A stretch of DNA of 64,000 nucleotides from an uncultured Verrucomicrobiae bacterium (GTDB taxonomy: Bacteria > Verrucomicrobiota > Verrucomicrobiia > Chthoniobacterales > UBA10450): positions 806,878-870,877 of the forward strand of contig CAVTMK010000004.1 of assembly GCA_963735805.1 (NCBI GenBank), read 5' to 3'. Shown here piece after piece: positions 30,880-42,549 of this stretch. Position 1 is the stretch's first letter. Every line of letters starts with the position of its first letter. A program made the translations under genes and the position numbers. The notes beneath the pieces were generated by a model that did no database searches, was not told where the DNA came from, and was given only the letters and a program-made list of their open reading frames with translations.

Positions 30880-32109
30880 CTACAACCTCTTTGGATCTTC
30901 CAGCAGCTCGACGACGACTTTGAGCAAACGACCCGCGCCTCCGCCGTCAATACTGCGATGATCGAAGCTTAGCGTGATCTGCGCCTCGGTCCTGGGAACA
31001 AATTGTTTTTTTTCTTCATCCCAACACGGAACTTTCTTTCCAGCGCCCAGACCAAGTAACAAGGTCTGGTCCGGCAGTGGGATTGGTGTGCCCCATTCCA
31101 GTCCAAAAGTCCCGAAGTTCGAGACGGTCGCGACGCCGCCAGCCTGCATGTCGGGCGAAATGCGCCGCTGTCGCGCGAGTTCGACGAGCTCCTTGTACTT
31201 CGTCGTCAGATCAGCAAGGGACGTTTTGTCGGCCGCCCGAATCACCGGCACCATGATTCCATCTTCGGCTTCGACCGCGATTCCGACATCGATGGAATCC
31301 GATTGTACAACGCGGTTGCCGATTAATTTCGCCGCCGCGCCCGGAGTTTTCGCAAGCGCGAGCGCAAGCGCGCGCAGCGCATAGAGACCAGGGCCCGGTT
31401 TGGGATCGCGAGACTGTCGATCGTGGAGGACAGGATCGAGATTTAGCGAAGAACCAATTGTTGAAAGCGGACGCGTCCAACTTCGTCGCATAGCGTCGGC
31501 CACCCCCGTGCGAATGGCAGAAGCTTCGTGCGCTGTCTGCTGCTGGATCTTCTGCAGGAAATTTTCCAGATCTTTGATGGTAACACGATTACCTGAACCG
31601 GTGCCCATGATGCTGGCCAGGTCGGCCGTCGTTAGCTGCAACTCGGCCATCCGTGCGCGAACGCGCGGGGACATGAACGTTGCGCCTGTCGCTGCAACCG
31701 GAACAGGCAACCCGCCGGTGCGTGCGCCGTCGCCGTCGCCGTCGCGCGCAGCGGTCTTCTTCTCGCGTGCGGGAGTAACCTCCTGGTCCGCACGCGCGGG
31801 AATCTCTTCAGCGACGTCATGCTGCGTCGGCGGAGGTGCTTGTTTTGCAAATCTCGAAGCGTCGGCCTCGCTTGCTTCAACGTAACCAAGGACAGCGCCG
31901 ACCGGATAAGTCTCCTTCAATTGCACATTGATTTGGCCAATCTTGCCTTTGCATGGTGTCGTCACGCCCATCACCGCCTTGTTTGTTTCGACGTCTATGA
32001 TTTCCTGGTCGTCCGTAACGTCGTCGCCCGGCTTTACTTTAATATCGACAATGGTGGCTTCGGCGATCGATTCGCCCAGCTGCGGCATGATAATCGGGAC
32101 TTGCGGCAT
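30880..32109 (-). CDS. 2-oxoacid dehydrogenase E2 acyltransferase
   Basis: Lipoyl domain MPQLGESI...ETNKA; E3-binding SPRVR; DHRSIDG. Confidence 0.93.
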   Translation of the reverse strand: MPQVPIIMPQLGESIAEATIVDIKVKPGDDVTDDQEIIDVETNKAVMGVTTPCKGKIGQINVQLKETYPVGAVLGYVEASEADASRFAKQAPPPTQHDVAEEIPARADQEVTPAREKKTAARDGDGDGARTGGLPVPVAATGATFMSPRVRARMAELQLTTADLASIMGTGSGNRVTIKDLENFLQKIQQQTAHEASAIRTGVADAMRRSWTRPLSTIGSSLNLDPVLHDRQSRDPKPGPGLYALRALALALAKTPGAAAKLIGNRVVQSDSIDVGIAVEAEDGIMVPVIRAADKTSLADLTTKYKELVELARQRRISPDMQAGGVATVSNFGTFGLEWGTPIPLPDQTLLLGLGAGKKVPCWDEEKKQFVPRTEAQITLSFDHRSIDGGGAGRLLKVVVELLEDPKRL

Positions 32110-32115
32110 AAATTT

Positions 32116-33084
32116 CTATTCTCGAAGCAGGGCGCGAGCTTTTCGCGCGATCTCTTTTGCACTAGGTCGGTGAGCCGACCAAAGATTTGGATGATAAGGG
32201 ATTGGCGTGTCTTTCGCATTGAGGCGCTGTGGCGCGGCATCCAGCAGATGAAAACCTTCCGCCGCGACGCGCCCAATCACCTCGGCAGTCACGCCGCCCC
32301 AAGGAAACGATTCTCCCACACACAGCAGGCGCCCCGTACGGGCGACTGAGGCGAGGACGGTATCCGTATCCAGTGGTTTAACTGAGCGAAGATCGACAAC
32401 TTCAATTTCAAAACCTTCGCCGACCAATTGCTCTGCGGCTGCGAGAGCTTCGTGCACCATTGCGCTATAACTCACAATTGTCAGGTCGCGCCCTTCCCGC
32501 GCGATACGCGCTGTTCCCGTCGGCAATCCTTCAGTCGGCAGCTTGTCCGCTTTGAGATGGTAATAGAGATATTTGTGCTCGCAGTAGACGACCGGATCGT
32601 CGATGGCCACCGCTTCAATGAGCATGGTGTAGGCGTCTTCCACTGTCGCAGGCGTCATGACGATGAGGCCTGGATAATGTGCGTAAAGTGATTCCATCGA
32701 TTGACTGTGGAATGGACCGCTGCCCTTCGTGCCGCCTGAAGGCAGACGGACTGTAATTGGGACCGGCACATTCGTCCGCCAATAATGCGTGCCGGCATTG
32801 TTCAGGATTTGGTTGAGAGCGATGCTGGAGAAATCAGCGAACTGCATTTCGACAATCGGTCGCATTCCCTCAATCGCAGCTCCGATGGCGGTCCCCACGA
32901 TCGCATCTTCGCTGATCGGCGTGTTGAGCACGCGGCCAGGAAATTCTTTGGCGAGACCTTTTGTTGCCTTAAAAGCGCCACCAAACGTGCCGCCGACATC
33001 CTGTCCGTAGATGAAAACACGTTCATCGTCGCGCAGCAGTTTCGCCTGCGCTTCACGGATTGCTTCGAGATACGTGATGCTCAT
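32116..33084 (-). CDS. 2-oxoacid dehydrogenase E1 beta subunit
   Basis: GQDVG, TPISE, EMQFADF, HSQS, VDLRSVKPLD. Confidence 0.95.
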   Translation of the reverse strand: MSITYLEAIREAQAKLLRDDERVFIYGQDVGGTFGGAFKATKGLAKEFPGRVLNTPISEDAIVGTAIGAAIEGMRPIVEMQFADFSSIALNQILNNAGTHYWRTNVPVPITVRLPSGGTKGSGPFHSQSMESLYAHYPGLIVMTPATVEDAYTMLIEAVAIDDPVVYCEHKYLYYHLKADKLPTEGLPTGTARIAREGRDLTIVSYSAMVHEALAAAEQLVGEGFEIEVVDLRSVKPLDTDTVLASVARTGRLLCVGESFPWGGVTAEVIGRVAAEGFHLLDAAPQRLNAKDTPIPYHPNLWSAHRPSAKEIARKARALLRE

Positions 33085-33095
33085 GGCTTGGCCCC

Positions 33096-33170
33096 GTGAA
33101 ATAGGTCAAACGTTGAATCACTGAGCACAAAACGGGTGTAATCCCCGTGAGACGGGTAACGATTTAACCA
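33096..33170. repeat. Inverted degenerate GTTAAATC-type octamer arms
   Basis: gtgaaata-ggtcaaac-gttgaatc ... cgggtaac-gatttaac. Confidence 0.45.
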
Positions 33171-33193
33171 ATCGCGCCAGCTCCTCATCTCAT

Positions 33194-34234
33194 TCAATCG
33201 GTTTCCGCGTGGTCGACAAGGTCACGCCTCGACATCGCGCACCAATCTTCTTTGTCGGCTTCGGGCGGAGCTTCCTTTTGTGCGGTTGCGATTGTTTCAT
33301 CCACTTTCGCGGCCGCTTCCTTGCGCCACTCAGCCAGCGTGTTGGCGTCGACGAGATTCAAATCAGCGATCGTTTGCTCGGCGACTTTCAGACAATCGCG
33401 CGCAAATGGTTCGCGCTTCATTTCCTCTGTCACGTAACTGGCATCATCGTGTTCGCCGTGTCCAGACAGGCGCAAGACCGACGCGACAACCAACTGCGGC
33501 GGACGTCCCGCGCGTGCACGTTTAACTGCCCCGCCGATTACTTCGAGGCACGCCCCGAGGTCCGTTCCATCAAGACTGTAGCCTTCAAAACCATACCCTA
33601 CCGCGCGATCGACCAGGTCATCACACGCGAACTCACGATCGTTCGGCGTAGAATAGGCAAAATGATTGTTTGTCGCGACTACAACCAACGGCACTTGCTC
33701 GACCGCGGCAATGTTCATCCCCTCATGAAAGGCACCGGTCTGCATACCGCCTTCGCCGATGCACGCCAGGCCGACGAAGCCCTTCTCTCCCTTAAATCGT
33801 TTGGCTATTAATGTGCCGACAGTGACCGGAATCATCGCGCCGAGATGGCTGACCATTGCAAGCTGGTTATCGCGTGGCCGGCCCCGATGAATATTGCCGT
33901 CGCGTCCGCGCATTGGACCGAGGCGCGACCCCAGATAGGTGCGCATGACGTCTAACAGTGGTTCGCCAAATGCGGATCGTCCTGCCTGATCGCGTATCAA
34001 CGGCGCGAAGATATCGCCCTTTTTCAAAAACAATCCGCACGCCACGCTGACCGCCTCCTGGCCTTTGCCAATATAGACGCCACCCGTGATTAAGCCGCCC
34101 CGGTAGAGGCTAACGAGTTTTTCCTCCAGCGTACGCGTCAGGAGCATCCAGCGAAACGCTTCGAGGTAGCGCTCGTGCAGCGACGGGGGTTTTGACTTTT
34201 TTGTTTTTGATTGGCGCTGCGCCGTCTGAAGCAT
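33194..34234 (-). CDS. 2-oxoacid dehydrogenase E1 alpha subunit
   Basis: GQEA, GEG...NN ThDP motif, RLSGHGEHD. Confidence 0.93.
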   Translation of the reverse strand: MLQTAQRQSKTKKSKPPSLHERYLEAFRWMLLTRTLEEKLVSLYRGGLITGGVYIGKGQEAVSVACGLFLKKGDIFAPLIRDQAGRSAFGEPLLDVMRTYLGSRLGPMRGRDGNIHRGRPRDNQLAMVSHLGAMIPVTVGTLIAKRFKGEKGFVGLACIGEGGMQTGAFHEGMNIAAVEQVPLVVVATNNHFAYSTPNDREFACDDLVDRAVGYGFEGYSLDGTDLGACLEVIGGAVKRARAGRPPQLVVASVLRLSGHGEHDDASYVTEEMKREPFARDCLKVAEQTIADLNLVDANTLAEWRKEAAAKVDETIATAQKEAPPEADKEDWCAMSRRDLVDHAETD

Positions 34235-34358
34235 CCGACAATTTTACGCGAGAACGGCCAACTCGCGCAAAAAAATTTTATCGGCCCACGATGTGCTTTC
34301 CAGGGAGGACAAGCTGCCGATAACTCCAAGCCAGCAGCCCGCCTCCCCAGAAAGAAAA

Positions 34359-37300
34359 TTACCGCGTCGCAAGCGCGAGATGTCGCTGTGTCGGCTTCGC
34401 TTCTGCGCTCGCAAACGTTTCCGCGGAAACTTGATGTGGCGCGGTCAATTTCATCCCGACCAACTTACTCACGCCTCGCTCTTCCATCGTGACGCCGTAC
34501 AGCACGTCGGCTTTGGCAATGGTGCGTTTGTTGTGTGTGATCACTATGAACTGGCTCTGCTCCACGAACCGGTCCAACATGCGAACAAAGCGGTTGATAT
34601 TACCCTCGTCCATTGCAGCGTCCACTTCGTCGAGAATGCAGAACGGACTGGGTCGCACCATGTAAATTGCGAATAGTAACGCCACCGCAACCATGGAGCG
34701 CTCCCCTCCGCTCAACAGGGAAACGCTCTGCAACTGTTTCCCTGGGGGCTTGGCGCTAATCTCGATTCCGCAGTTTAGCGGATCGTTTTCATCGAGCAGC
34801 GACAGGTCCGCGCGTCCGCCGCCGAAGAGCTCGGCGAACATCTCACGGAAGTTAATCCGAACCTGGGCAAAGGTCTCGCTAAACAGCTTCCTTGTAGTCG
34901 AGTTGATCTGCGCGATCACGTCGAGCAATTCGCGACGCGAATTTGTAAGGTCATTGTTTTGCCCTTCAAGAAATTTGTACCGCTCTTCAAGCTCGTCGTA
35001 CTCATGAACCGCATCGAGATTCACCGGGCCCATGTTGTCGAGTTGCGTACGAAGGTCTGTGATCAACCTGTCGATCTCGGCATCGGTGAGCTGGATCGCG
35101 TTCTCCGAACGCGATGGCAGATCGGCCGCGACCTCGCTGCCATTTGTGGCATCGGCAGGGGAGCGTTTTTTCAGCTGCGCGCGCAGAGTTTTTTCATACG
35201 CTGCCTGGTCAGGACTAAATTCACGCAAATTAATTTGATACCGGCGAGAATGGCGCTCAGTGAGATTATCGATCTTCAATTGCAGCTCCGCATGCCGCAC
35301 TTGTTCCTTTGAACGCGCGTCACGCAGGTCATTCAACGAGTTTCGAATTATGCGTAGATTCGACTCCGCCTCGGTGAGCATTGCCGAGCGCTCCCGGCGT
35401 TGGTCAGTGAGCGTCGTCAGCGTCAGGTCAATGTCCACGCGCTGCTTGCTTTGACGCTCGATGGCGGATTCTGCGGTTTGCGATTCCTGTGCCTGCGTCG
35501 TCAGCCGCTTCTCGAAACTGGTGATCTCGGTCCGGCGCGTCGCAATGGCCTCTGCGAGCTCCTCTTCACGTGCGTTCATTGGCTGCCGCTGTGCGATAAG
35601 GTGTTCGTAGCGCTGTTGCTCAGTGGCGACTGCGAGACGGAATTCGTTCAGTTGTTCCATCGCGTCGGTTTCACGCTTCGCGACATCATCCTGCGCCGCC
35701 TTCGCTACCTGTTGCTCACTTTGGTTCGCGGCCAACGCTGCCTGTTCCGCGGCCAATTCGTCTTCCAGTTTTGCGATGCGTTCGTCTGCCGCCTGGATTT
35801 GTCGGGTCAGCGTAGTTTGCTCAGAGCGGACCTGGGTCTGCTTTTGTTCGCCTTCTTGCAGTTCTCGGGTCAGGAAGAGGATTCGATTGTCGCAATCGGA
35901 CTTTTCATGTTCTACGGCTTCATATTGGTGTCGGGCTTCTTCCATCGCGCCGGTAATTCTCTCCAACGCGGCTTTGGCATCATCGCGTCTTCCAAACAGC
36001 GCATCGCGTTGCTTGCCAATCTCGAAACACTCCCTCTCCAAAGCCGACATGCGCGCTTTGCGCTCGAGAAGAGAATCTGCCGACGATTCTCGGCTCCCGC
36101 CAAACACAACTCCCTCTGTCGAGATCGATTCACCGCCGAGCGTCGCAGCGGCGATTTCGCTGTGCTTTCGCTTGGCAGTCAGAGCGTCCTCCAGATTCTC
36201 AAAGATTGCGACGTTGTGAAGCAATTGTGCAACTAGCGGTGCGAGCGTCTCAGGCGCCTTCACTCTCTCGATGGCCCAGCCGAGCGATTTTTCAGGAGCG
36301 CTCTTTCCACGATCCTGTGGCCTGTCCCTGCCGAGTTCCGGAACGACCAACGCGGCCTGGCCAAGTTTCTTCTCTTTCAGAGCCGCAATAATTTCGGGCG
36401 CCAATCGTGCATCCTTTAGGACAATCGCCTGCAAATTTCGTCCCAAAGCCGCTTCGATCGCGGGGATGAAATTCCGATCCACATCGAGACTTGCAACCAG
36501 AGCGCCGGCCAGCGCCGGTTTGATTCGCGATCGATCGTGCAGGCCCTTGAGTACAGCCTGCGACCCTTCCGCAAGGCCTTCGCCCTCCTCGTTAAGCTGA
36601 CGAAGAATTTCAAGGCGTGATCCTTTCTCGGCATGCGCCAACTCAATGGCGTTGAGCTCTTTCTCCATGCTTGCGACAAGTTCTTGCTGTTGTCGCCGTT
36701 TCTCGTTGCTTGTCTGAACTATGGTTCGACAATGATCGAGTTTACTCTGGCGGTTCTCGGCAGTCGCGCGCGCAGTGGCGATCTCGTCCTGGATTCGAGT
36801 GCGGGCGGCCTCTATGTTGGCAACGGCGGTATCTAAATGGCGTCGATTTTCGTCTGTTGTTTCACGGCGAATCTTTAATCCAGAAATCTCCTCTTCCAGC
36901 GCTTCGACACGGATCTCGATTTCTAACGCCGCCTTCTGCAGCGTCTCCAGTTTCGATCCGTGTGCGCTTCGCTCGGCGCGAAATTCCGAGAGTCGACCAG
37001 TCAGTTTGTTTAGCTCGGCTTCTTTGGTCCGCAGCGCTTCGTTCGTTTTTTCAATCAGTGCGTTTGCCTCTTGAATTTCCTTCCCTTGCTGCGCGCGTTT
37101 CGCTTCGGCAGCACCGATATCCTTTCGAGAACGGTCAATCAGTTCGTTCAATTCGTCGGTCCGTTGCCGATTGAATTGGATTAGATTCCGATGCGCATTG
37201 ATTTCGGTTTCAAGACGCTGAAGTTCACCGCGGCCGCTCGCAATCTGACCATCAACGTCTTCCAGCATGCGGCGATGCCCGGCCAGATCGTTTTCCCCTG

Positions 37301-38089
37301 CGTCGATTTTGGCGCGGGTGGTATCTTCCGATTCGCTAAGGCGCGTAATCTCAGTCTGGCAACGGGCGTGCTCAGCTTCAAGCACCTGAAGTTGTCTGCG
37401 CGAATAACACGTATCAAGAACACGAAGGTCCTCGTGCAGCACCTGGTAACGCCGTGCTTTGCCAGCCTGCCGCTGAAGCGAACCGATTTGGCGTTTTACT
37501 TCCTTAATAATGTCACCGATGCGCAGTAGATTTGCCTCAGTCGCTTCCAGCTTGCGCAACGCCTCGCGCTTTTGTGTCTTGTATTTTGTGACTCCGGCCG
37601 CTTCCTCAAAAACTGCTCGTCGATCTTCCGGGCGCGAGCTCAGAATCATGTCGATCTTGCCCTGTTCCATCATCGAGTATGCGGCCCGCCCGATACCGGT
37701 GTCGGCGAAGAGACTTTGAATGTCGCGCAGACGACAGGATGTTTTGTTTAGAAGGTATTCAGAGTTGCCATCGCGATAGACGCGGCGCGTTACACGCACG
37801 TCGTGCCAATCGATTCCGAGTTCGTCAACGCAATCGGTGAAAGTCAGTGAGACCTCGGCGAACCCTACCGGCTTCCGCGCTTCGCTGCCGTCAAAGATCA
37901 CGTCAGCCATCTCATCGCCACGCAACGATTTTGCGGATTGCTCCCCGATACCCAGCGCACCGCGTCAAGTACGTTGGACTTTCCGCAACCGTTTGGCCCT
38001 ACTATAGCGGTGGTACCTTCGTGGAAATTAAGAATCGTTTTGTCGGCAAACGACTTGAAGCCGAGCAGCTCGAGAGATTGTAAAAGCAT
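34359..38089 (-). CDS. smc: Chromosome segregation protein SMC; one base missing near 37948
   Basis: GFKSFAD...GPNGCGKSN in 38089-37950 continues as [10 protein letters not shown] in another frame; hinge, coiled coils, LSGGE, LDEVDA. Confidence 0.95.
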
Positions 38090-38480
38090 GGTAGGCCAAC
38101 CTCGGGCCTGACGAGGTCAATACAGCAGGCGTTTGCGGGTTACAAGCGAAAAACACACAATTTGGAGGGTTTTTGACCGGGACCGACCACAGGATGTTGC
38201 GTATTGCCAGCCTCCCTGTTGCGCCACCACGTCCAAATAGTGCAGGTGCTGGCGCGCTTTCACGCCGCACCAGTTGGAATAAGTCGATAGGATGAACGTC
38301 AGCGGTCGGGACGATCCGGGGTCGGCACTCGACTCTAACTTCCCTCCTCCCTTCGCCAAGGAGAGACGTCCCGTTCCACGCGCCGTGCTAAAAGTACCCG
38401 CCATTCGAAAATACGACCCTTGGGCACGAAGCTTAGCGCGCACTCTTGCCTTGGACAACTGAATCACGCAGGATGCATTA

Positions 38481-39815
38481 ATGGCTGATGAATCGACGCT
38501 GTCGATCCAACAAGCGGAGCGCGTCGATCATCAACTCGTTCGAGGTATCGGAATTCCCGCTCTGACGGCCAACATTGTCAGCTCGACGATTGGTGCGGGA
38601 ATTTTTGTAATTCCGGCCGCGGTAGCGAGAGGGCTAGGATCGGCGGCACCACTGGCGTTTGTTTGTTGTGCGGTTGCTATGGTGTTGTTCGTCACGTGTT
38701 TCGCGATCGCGGGCAGTCGAGTATCCCTAACCGGCGGGCTGTACGCGTATGTCGAGGTCGCATTTGGTCGTTACGTAGGGTTTCTCGCCGGTATGCTTTA
38801 CTTCCTAACCGCACTCGGCGCGGTTGCCGGCGTCGTGAACGTTCTTGCGGATTCAGTCGCACTGGTCGTACCGGCACTAGGCGGTCCCGTGATGCGCATC
38901 ATTGTCATGGTGGCCGTTTACGGTTCGCTGGTTCTAATTAATATACGCGGCGTTCGGCAAGGCGCGGGTGCGGTCACGGTGATCACGGTGGCGAAGCTTT
39001 TGCCTCTCTTGCTGTTCATAGGCGTTGGGATCTTTTTTGTTCATGCGCCGAATCTTGCCTGGAGCGGCTGGCCCGGCAGTAAGTCGTTAGGCGACGCCGT
39101 TATCCTGTTGATTTTCGCTTTTGTTGGGATCGAGGTGGCCTTGATTCCCAGTGGCGAAGTAAAGAATCCGGCACGCACGGTTCCGCGCTCCGCCTATCTC
39201 GCGCTTGTTATCACAACGGTCATTTACATCCTTATCCAGGTCGTAGGGCAGGGTACGCTCGGGGCCGATCTCGCGAAGCATCCTGACGCGCCGCTCGCCG
39301 AATCGGCGGCGACGTTTCTGGGGAATTTGGGCCGCACGACCCTTCTCGCTGGAGCAACGATCTCGGCATTTGGATTTGTTACGAGCGACATTCTGAGTTC
39401 GCCGCGTATGATTTTTGCTTTCGGCCGCGATGGCGCGTTGCCGCAGTTTTTCGCGCACGTTCATCCGCGGTATCGATCACCCGATGTCGCGATCATTACT
39501 TATGCGACACTGGCCTTTGCGCTGTCAATCAGCGGTACGTTTGAAAAGCTGGCGGTGCTTTCGAACGTCGCGGTGTTGCTGATGTATTTGCTTTGCTGCG
39601 CTGCCTGTTGGTTTTTGGTGCGACGCGACGTGCGAGCCGATGGCGCAAAGCCGTTCAACTTTCCTGGAATGCAAATTGTGCCTGTGCTGGCGATTATCGC
39701 AATCGTCTGGATTCTCACCTCCGCGACGATTCACCAATTTCTGGTGACTGGAATAGTGCTCGCCCTCGCGTCGATTATGTATTTCGTTCGCGTCCAACTC
39801 CGGCAGAAATCATAG
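38481..39815 (+). CDS. APC-family amino acid permease
   Basis: IGAGIF, GGLYAY, FAFVGIE, EVKNP; about 12 TM segments. Confidence 0.92.
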   Translation: MADESTLSIQQAERVDHQLVRGIGIPALTANIVSSTIGAGIFVIPAAVARGLGSAAPLAFVCCAVAMVLFVTCFAIAGSRVSLTGGLYAYVEVAFGRYVGFLAGMLYFLTALGAVAGVVNVLADSVALVVPALGGPVMRIIVMVAVYGSLVLINIRGVRQGAGAVTVITVAKLLPLLLFIGVGIFFVHAPNLAWSGWPGSKSLGDAVILLIFAFVGIEVALIPSGEVKNPARTVPRSAYLALVITTVIYILIQVVGQGTLGADLAKHPDAPLAESAATFLGNLGRTTLLAGATISAFGFVTSDILSSPRMIFAFGRDGALPQFFAHVHPRYRSPDVAIITYATLAFALSISGTFEKLAVLSNVAVLLMYLLCCAACWFLVRRDVRADGAKPFNFPGMQIVPVLAIIAIVWILTSATIHQFLVTGIVLALASIMYFVRVQLRQKS

Positions 39816-39846
39816 GCAAATTACGAAAACTGATTAGCTTGTGGCC

Positions 39847-41181
39847 ATGCGCGATAATTACCTTGAGGATTATTATTCGTTCCTTCGGTTTCCAAGCGTT
39901 TCGACCGACGACCAGTACAAGGAAAAACTGGGGCAATGCGCAGACTGGCTTGTGAAGAAACTCACGAGCATCGGTTTGGAAACGCGGCTCGTTACAACCA
40001 AGGGGCATCCGATTGTTTGGGCACGCAATAAACATCAGCCGGGACGCCGCACTGTGCTGATTTACGGACATTACGATGTACAGCCGCCGGATCCTCTTGA
40101 TCTATGGGATTCGCCGCCGTTCGAACCTGTTCTGAAGAATGGTTATGTCTTTGCACGAGGCGCAACAGACAACAAAGGCCAGATTCTAGCGCACATCCTT
40201 GGCATTCAGGAAACCATCGAACAAAGTGGCGATCTGCCGGTGAATCTGCATCTGGTGATCGAGGGTGAAGAAGAAATCGGTAGCGCACATCTTGGGGGTT
40301 TTCTGGAGGAAAACCGCGATACACTCAAAAGCGACGTGGCAGTAGTTTCAGATACAGGAATGATCGAGCGCGGTGTGCCAACGCTGAGCTACGGGTTGCG
40401 GGGAGTAACTGCTCTCGAAATCAAGGTGACCGGCCCGAAGATGGATTTGCATTCCGGGATTTTTGGAGGCGCCGTGCAAAATCCAATCACCGCGCTGGCC
40501 CAATTGCTCGCCACACTTCATGATCGGGAAGGCCGCGTGGCAATCGCCGGATTTTACGATCAGGTTAAGCCGCTGGAAAAATGGGAACGGGAAGCGTGGC
40601 GAAAACTTCCAGTCGACGGCGACAAACTCATTCGCGAGGAAACAGGCGTCCCCGAACTTTTCGGTGAAGCCGGTTACAATTCGCTGGAGCGCGTTTGGGC
40701 TAGACCAACAGCGGAGATCAACGGAATCGGTGGAGGATATCAGGGGCAAGGGACGAAGACGGTCATCGCCAGTCACGCGATGGCGAAACTGACGTTCCGC
40801 CTCGTTCCGGACCAGGAAGGCGATGAAATTCTAAAGCTGGCAAGAGCCCATTTACAAAAGAACCTGCCCAAAGGCGTGACAATGGAGATCACAGACGGCC
40901 ACAGCGGGCCGTGGTATCTCACCGATCCAAATTCGACAATTGGCGAAGCCGCGCAGCGCGCATTACGCAAGGCGTTCGACCGCGATCCCGCGCTGATCCG
41001 TGAAGGCGGCAGTATCCCGATCGTCTCGCAATTCCGCGGGATCCTCGGCATCGAAACGCTGCTGTTGGGACTCGCGCTGCCTGATTGTCGCGCGCATTCG
41101 CCTAACGAGAATTTTCCTCTCGAGAATTTCGAGGGCGGGATTCGCCTCAACAAAGCAATTCTCCAGGAACTTGCTCATTGA
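39847..41181 (+). CDS. M20 family dipeptidase
   Basis: YGHYDVQP, RGATDNKG, EGEEE, DLHSG, HSPNE. Confidence 0.93.
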   Translation: MRDNYLEDYYSFLRFPSVSTDDQYKEKLGQCADWLVKKLTSIGLETRLVTTKGHPIVWARNKHQPGRRTVLIYGHYDVQPPDPLDLWDSPPFEPVLKNGYVFARGATDNKGQILAHILGIQETIEQSGDLPVNLHLVIEGEEEIGSAHLGGFLEENRDTLKSDVAVVSDTGMIERGVPTLSYGLRGVTALEIKVTGPKMDLHSGIFGGAVQNPITALAQLLATLHDREGRVAIAGFYDQVKPLEKWEREAWRKLPVDGDKLIREETGVPELFGEAGYNSLERVWARPTAEINGIGGGYQGQGTKTVIASHAMAKLTFRLVPDQEGDEILKLARAHLQKNLPKGVTMEITDGHSGPWYLTDPNSTIGEAAQRALRKAFDRDPALIREGGSIPIVSQFRGILGIETLLLGLALPDCRAHSPNENFPLENFEGGIRLNKAILQELAH

Positions 41182-41225
41182 GCGAATGCCGGCTGGCCAG
41201 TTGTCGTTCGAAGCGGCATGGTTTG

Positions 41226-41299
41226 TGTAGCCGCCTCGCTGCGTCGAGGCGCTTCACCGGAGCTGCGACCCGGCACGGCGACACACCGCCGCGGCTACA
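41226..41299. repeat. GTAG-type REP-like palindromic element
   Basis: Terminal inverted repeat tgtagccgc / gcggctaca with internal hairpin gcctcg/cgaggc. Confidence 0.7.
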
Positions 41300-41374
41300 A
41301 CTGGTTGTTTTGACCTTCGAGCCAAATTTCGGATTTCCCTCCGAGTAGCGGCTTGCTTGAATACGAGCGTGCTC

Positions 41375-42289
41375 ATGAAGTGGCTTCTGATCGTTACGAT
41401 GTTATTGGGGACAATTCGTGTCTCGAATGCGACTGAAGACTCGTTAGGTACGAAGATTAAAAAGATTTTCGAGCCGACTCCAACGCCAGCCCCGCGTAAA
41501 CATCGGAAACATTCGGCGACGAAAGTGACGCCCAGCCCATCGCCAACAGCTTCGCCAAGGCACAAGAAGACTTCACCAACCCCGTCTCCCACTCCGACAG
41601 CTCGAAAACCGAAAAAGAAATCTCCGACCCCCAGCCCGGAAGAGACACCGTCCCCGACCCCAAGTGAGACGGCAAGCCCTTCACGCTCGCCACATCCCGG
41701 TGCAGAAAGGAAAGGCGCGCCGGACGCGACCCTGTCGCCGGATGAGATTGTGGGCTACAACGATTACCCTGCGAAAGTGCGCCAGATTCTCGACGCGGGG
41801 CTTGCGCTAACAAGAGAAAACCTCGGCTACACATACGGCTCGGCTGATCCTGCAAACGGCGGCATGGATTGCTCCGGATTCATTTATTACCTTCTCAATC
41901 AAAACGGCTTCAAAGACGTGCCGCGCGATTCGAGCCAGCAATATGTCTGGGTGCGCAAAGCGGGAGATTTCAATGCCGTTTTGAGTCGCAAAGAGGACAG
42001 TTTCGAGCTTGATGCGCTTAAACCAGGCGACCTGCTTTTTTGGAGCGGCACCTACAAGATCGATCGCGACCCGCCGATCACGCATACGATGATTTACCTC
42101 GGCCGCGAAAAGCGGACCAAAAAGGGAGTGATGCTCGGATCAAGCGACGGTCGCACGTACGATGGAAAACAGCGCTTCGGCGTCAGTGTCTTCGATTTCA
42201 AAATGCCACCGCCACCGCAGAGCGGAGACGCCAAGATTAGCCCAAACTTTGTCGGCTACGGGAAGATTCCTGGCCTCAGCGACGATTGA
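41375..42289 (+). CDS. NlpC/P60 (C40) peptidase with Pro/Thr/Ser/Lys-rich linker
   Basis: Signal peptide; (SPTP)n-like linker; YTYG..MDCSG, PGDLLFW, THTMIY. Confidence 0.9.
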   Translation: MKWLLIVTMLLGTIRVSNATEDSLGTKIKKIFEPTPTPAPRKHRKHSATKVTPSPSPTASPRHKKTSPTPSPTPTARKPKKKSPTPSPEETPSPTPSETASPSRSPHPGAERKGAPDATLSPDEIVGYNDYPAKVRQILDAGLALTRENLGYTYGSADPANGGMDCSGFIYYLLNQNGFKDVPRDSSQQYVWVRKAGDFNAVLSRKEDSFELDALKPGDLLFWSGTYKIDRDPPITHTMIYLGREKRTKKGVMLGSSDGRTYDGKQRFGVSVFDFKMPPPPQSGDAKISPNFVGYGKIPGLSDD

Positions 42290-42357
42290 CGTGTCAAACG
42301 TTGAGATTCAGCTCGGTCGCGCTGATTGATGCTCCTGCAAATGAGCGAAGAGCAAGA

Positions 42358-42549
42358 CTACTGTTCACGCTCCGCTTCCAAAGGACTCGGAGATGGCGTG
42401 GATTGCGCCGCGGACATAGGCTGACCCGAGGGACGAGCCCCTCGGCGTTCATACCGGACGAATGCAAAAGCGATCAGAACGAACATGACGATGAGGACGA
42501 CGCGTTGTTCGTTCCTTGAGAGCTCGAAGATTCTGAAGAGCCGCTTCAT
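42358..42549 (-). CDS. Small single-TM hypothetical protein (63 aa)
   Basis: ATGA overlap with the queC stop; one hydrophobic helix. Confidence 0.6.
   Translation of the reverse strand: MKRLFRIFELSRNEQRVVLIVMFVLIAFAFVRYERRGARPSGQPMSAAQSTPSPSPLEAEREQ

Noticed and set aside
35090..35170. Low-complexity insert in the SMC coiled coil as another REP insertion
   Set aside because: No convincing terminal inverted repeat
35400..36236. Long antisense or alternative-frame ORFs (this one, 26719-27378, 11840-12457 and similar)
   Set aside because: They shadow well-supported genes, as expected in GC-rich DNA, and show no motifs
37940..37955. Programmed frameshift in smc
   Set aside because: No slippery heptamer is evident; a missing base in the consensus is the simpler explanation
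38090..38480. ncRNA or riboswitch in the smc/permease intergenic region
   Set aside because: No recognisable aptamer or RNA family motif; the 116-aa ORF there has no protein-like features
41470..41700. DNA tandem repeat in the NlpC/P60 gene
   Set aside because: Repetition is at the protein level (Pro/Thr/Ser linker) with varied codons
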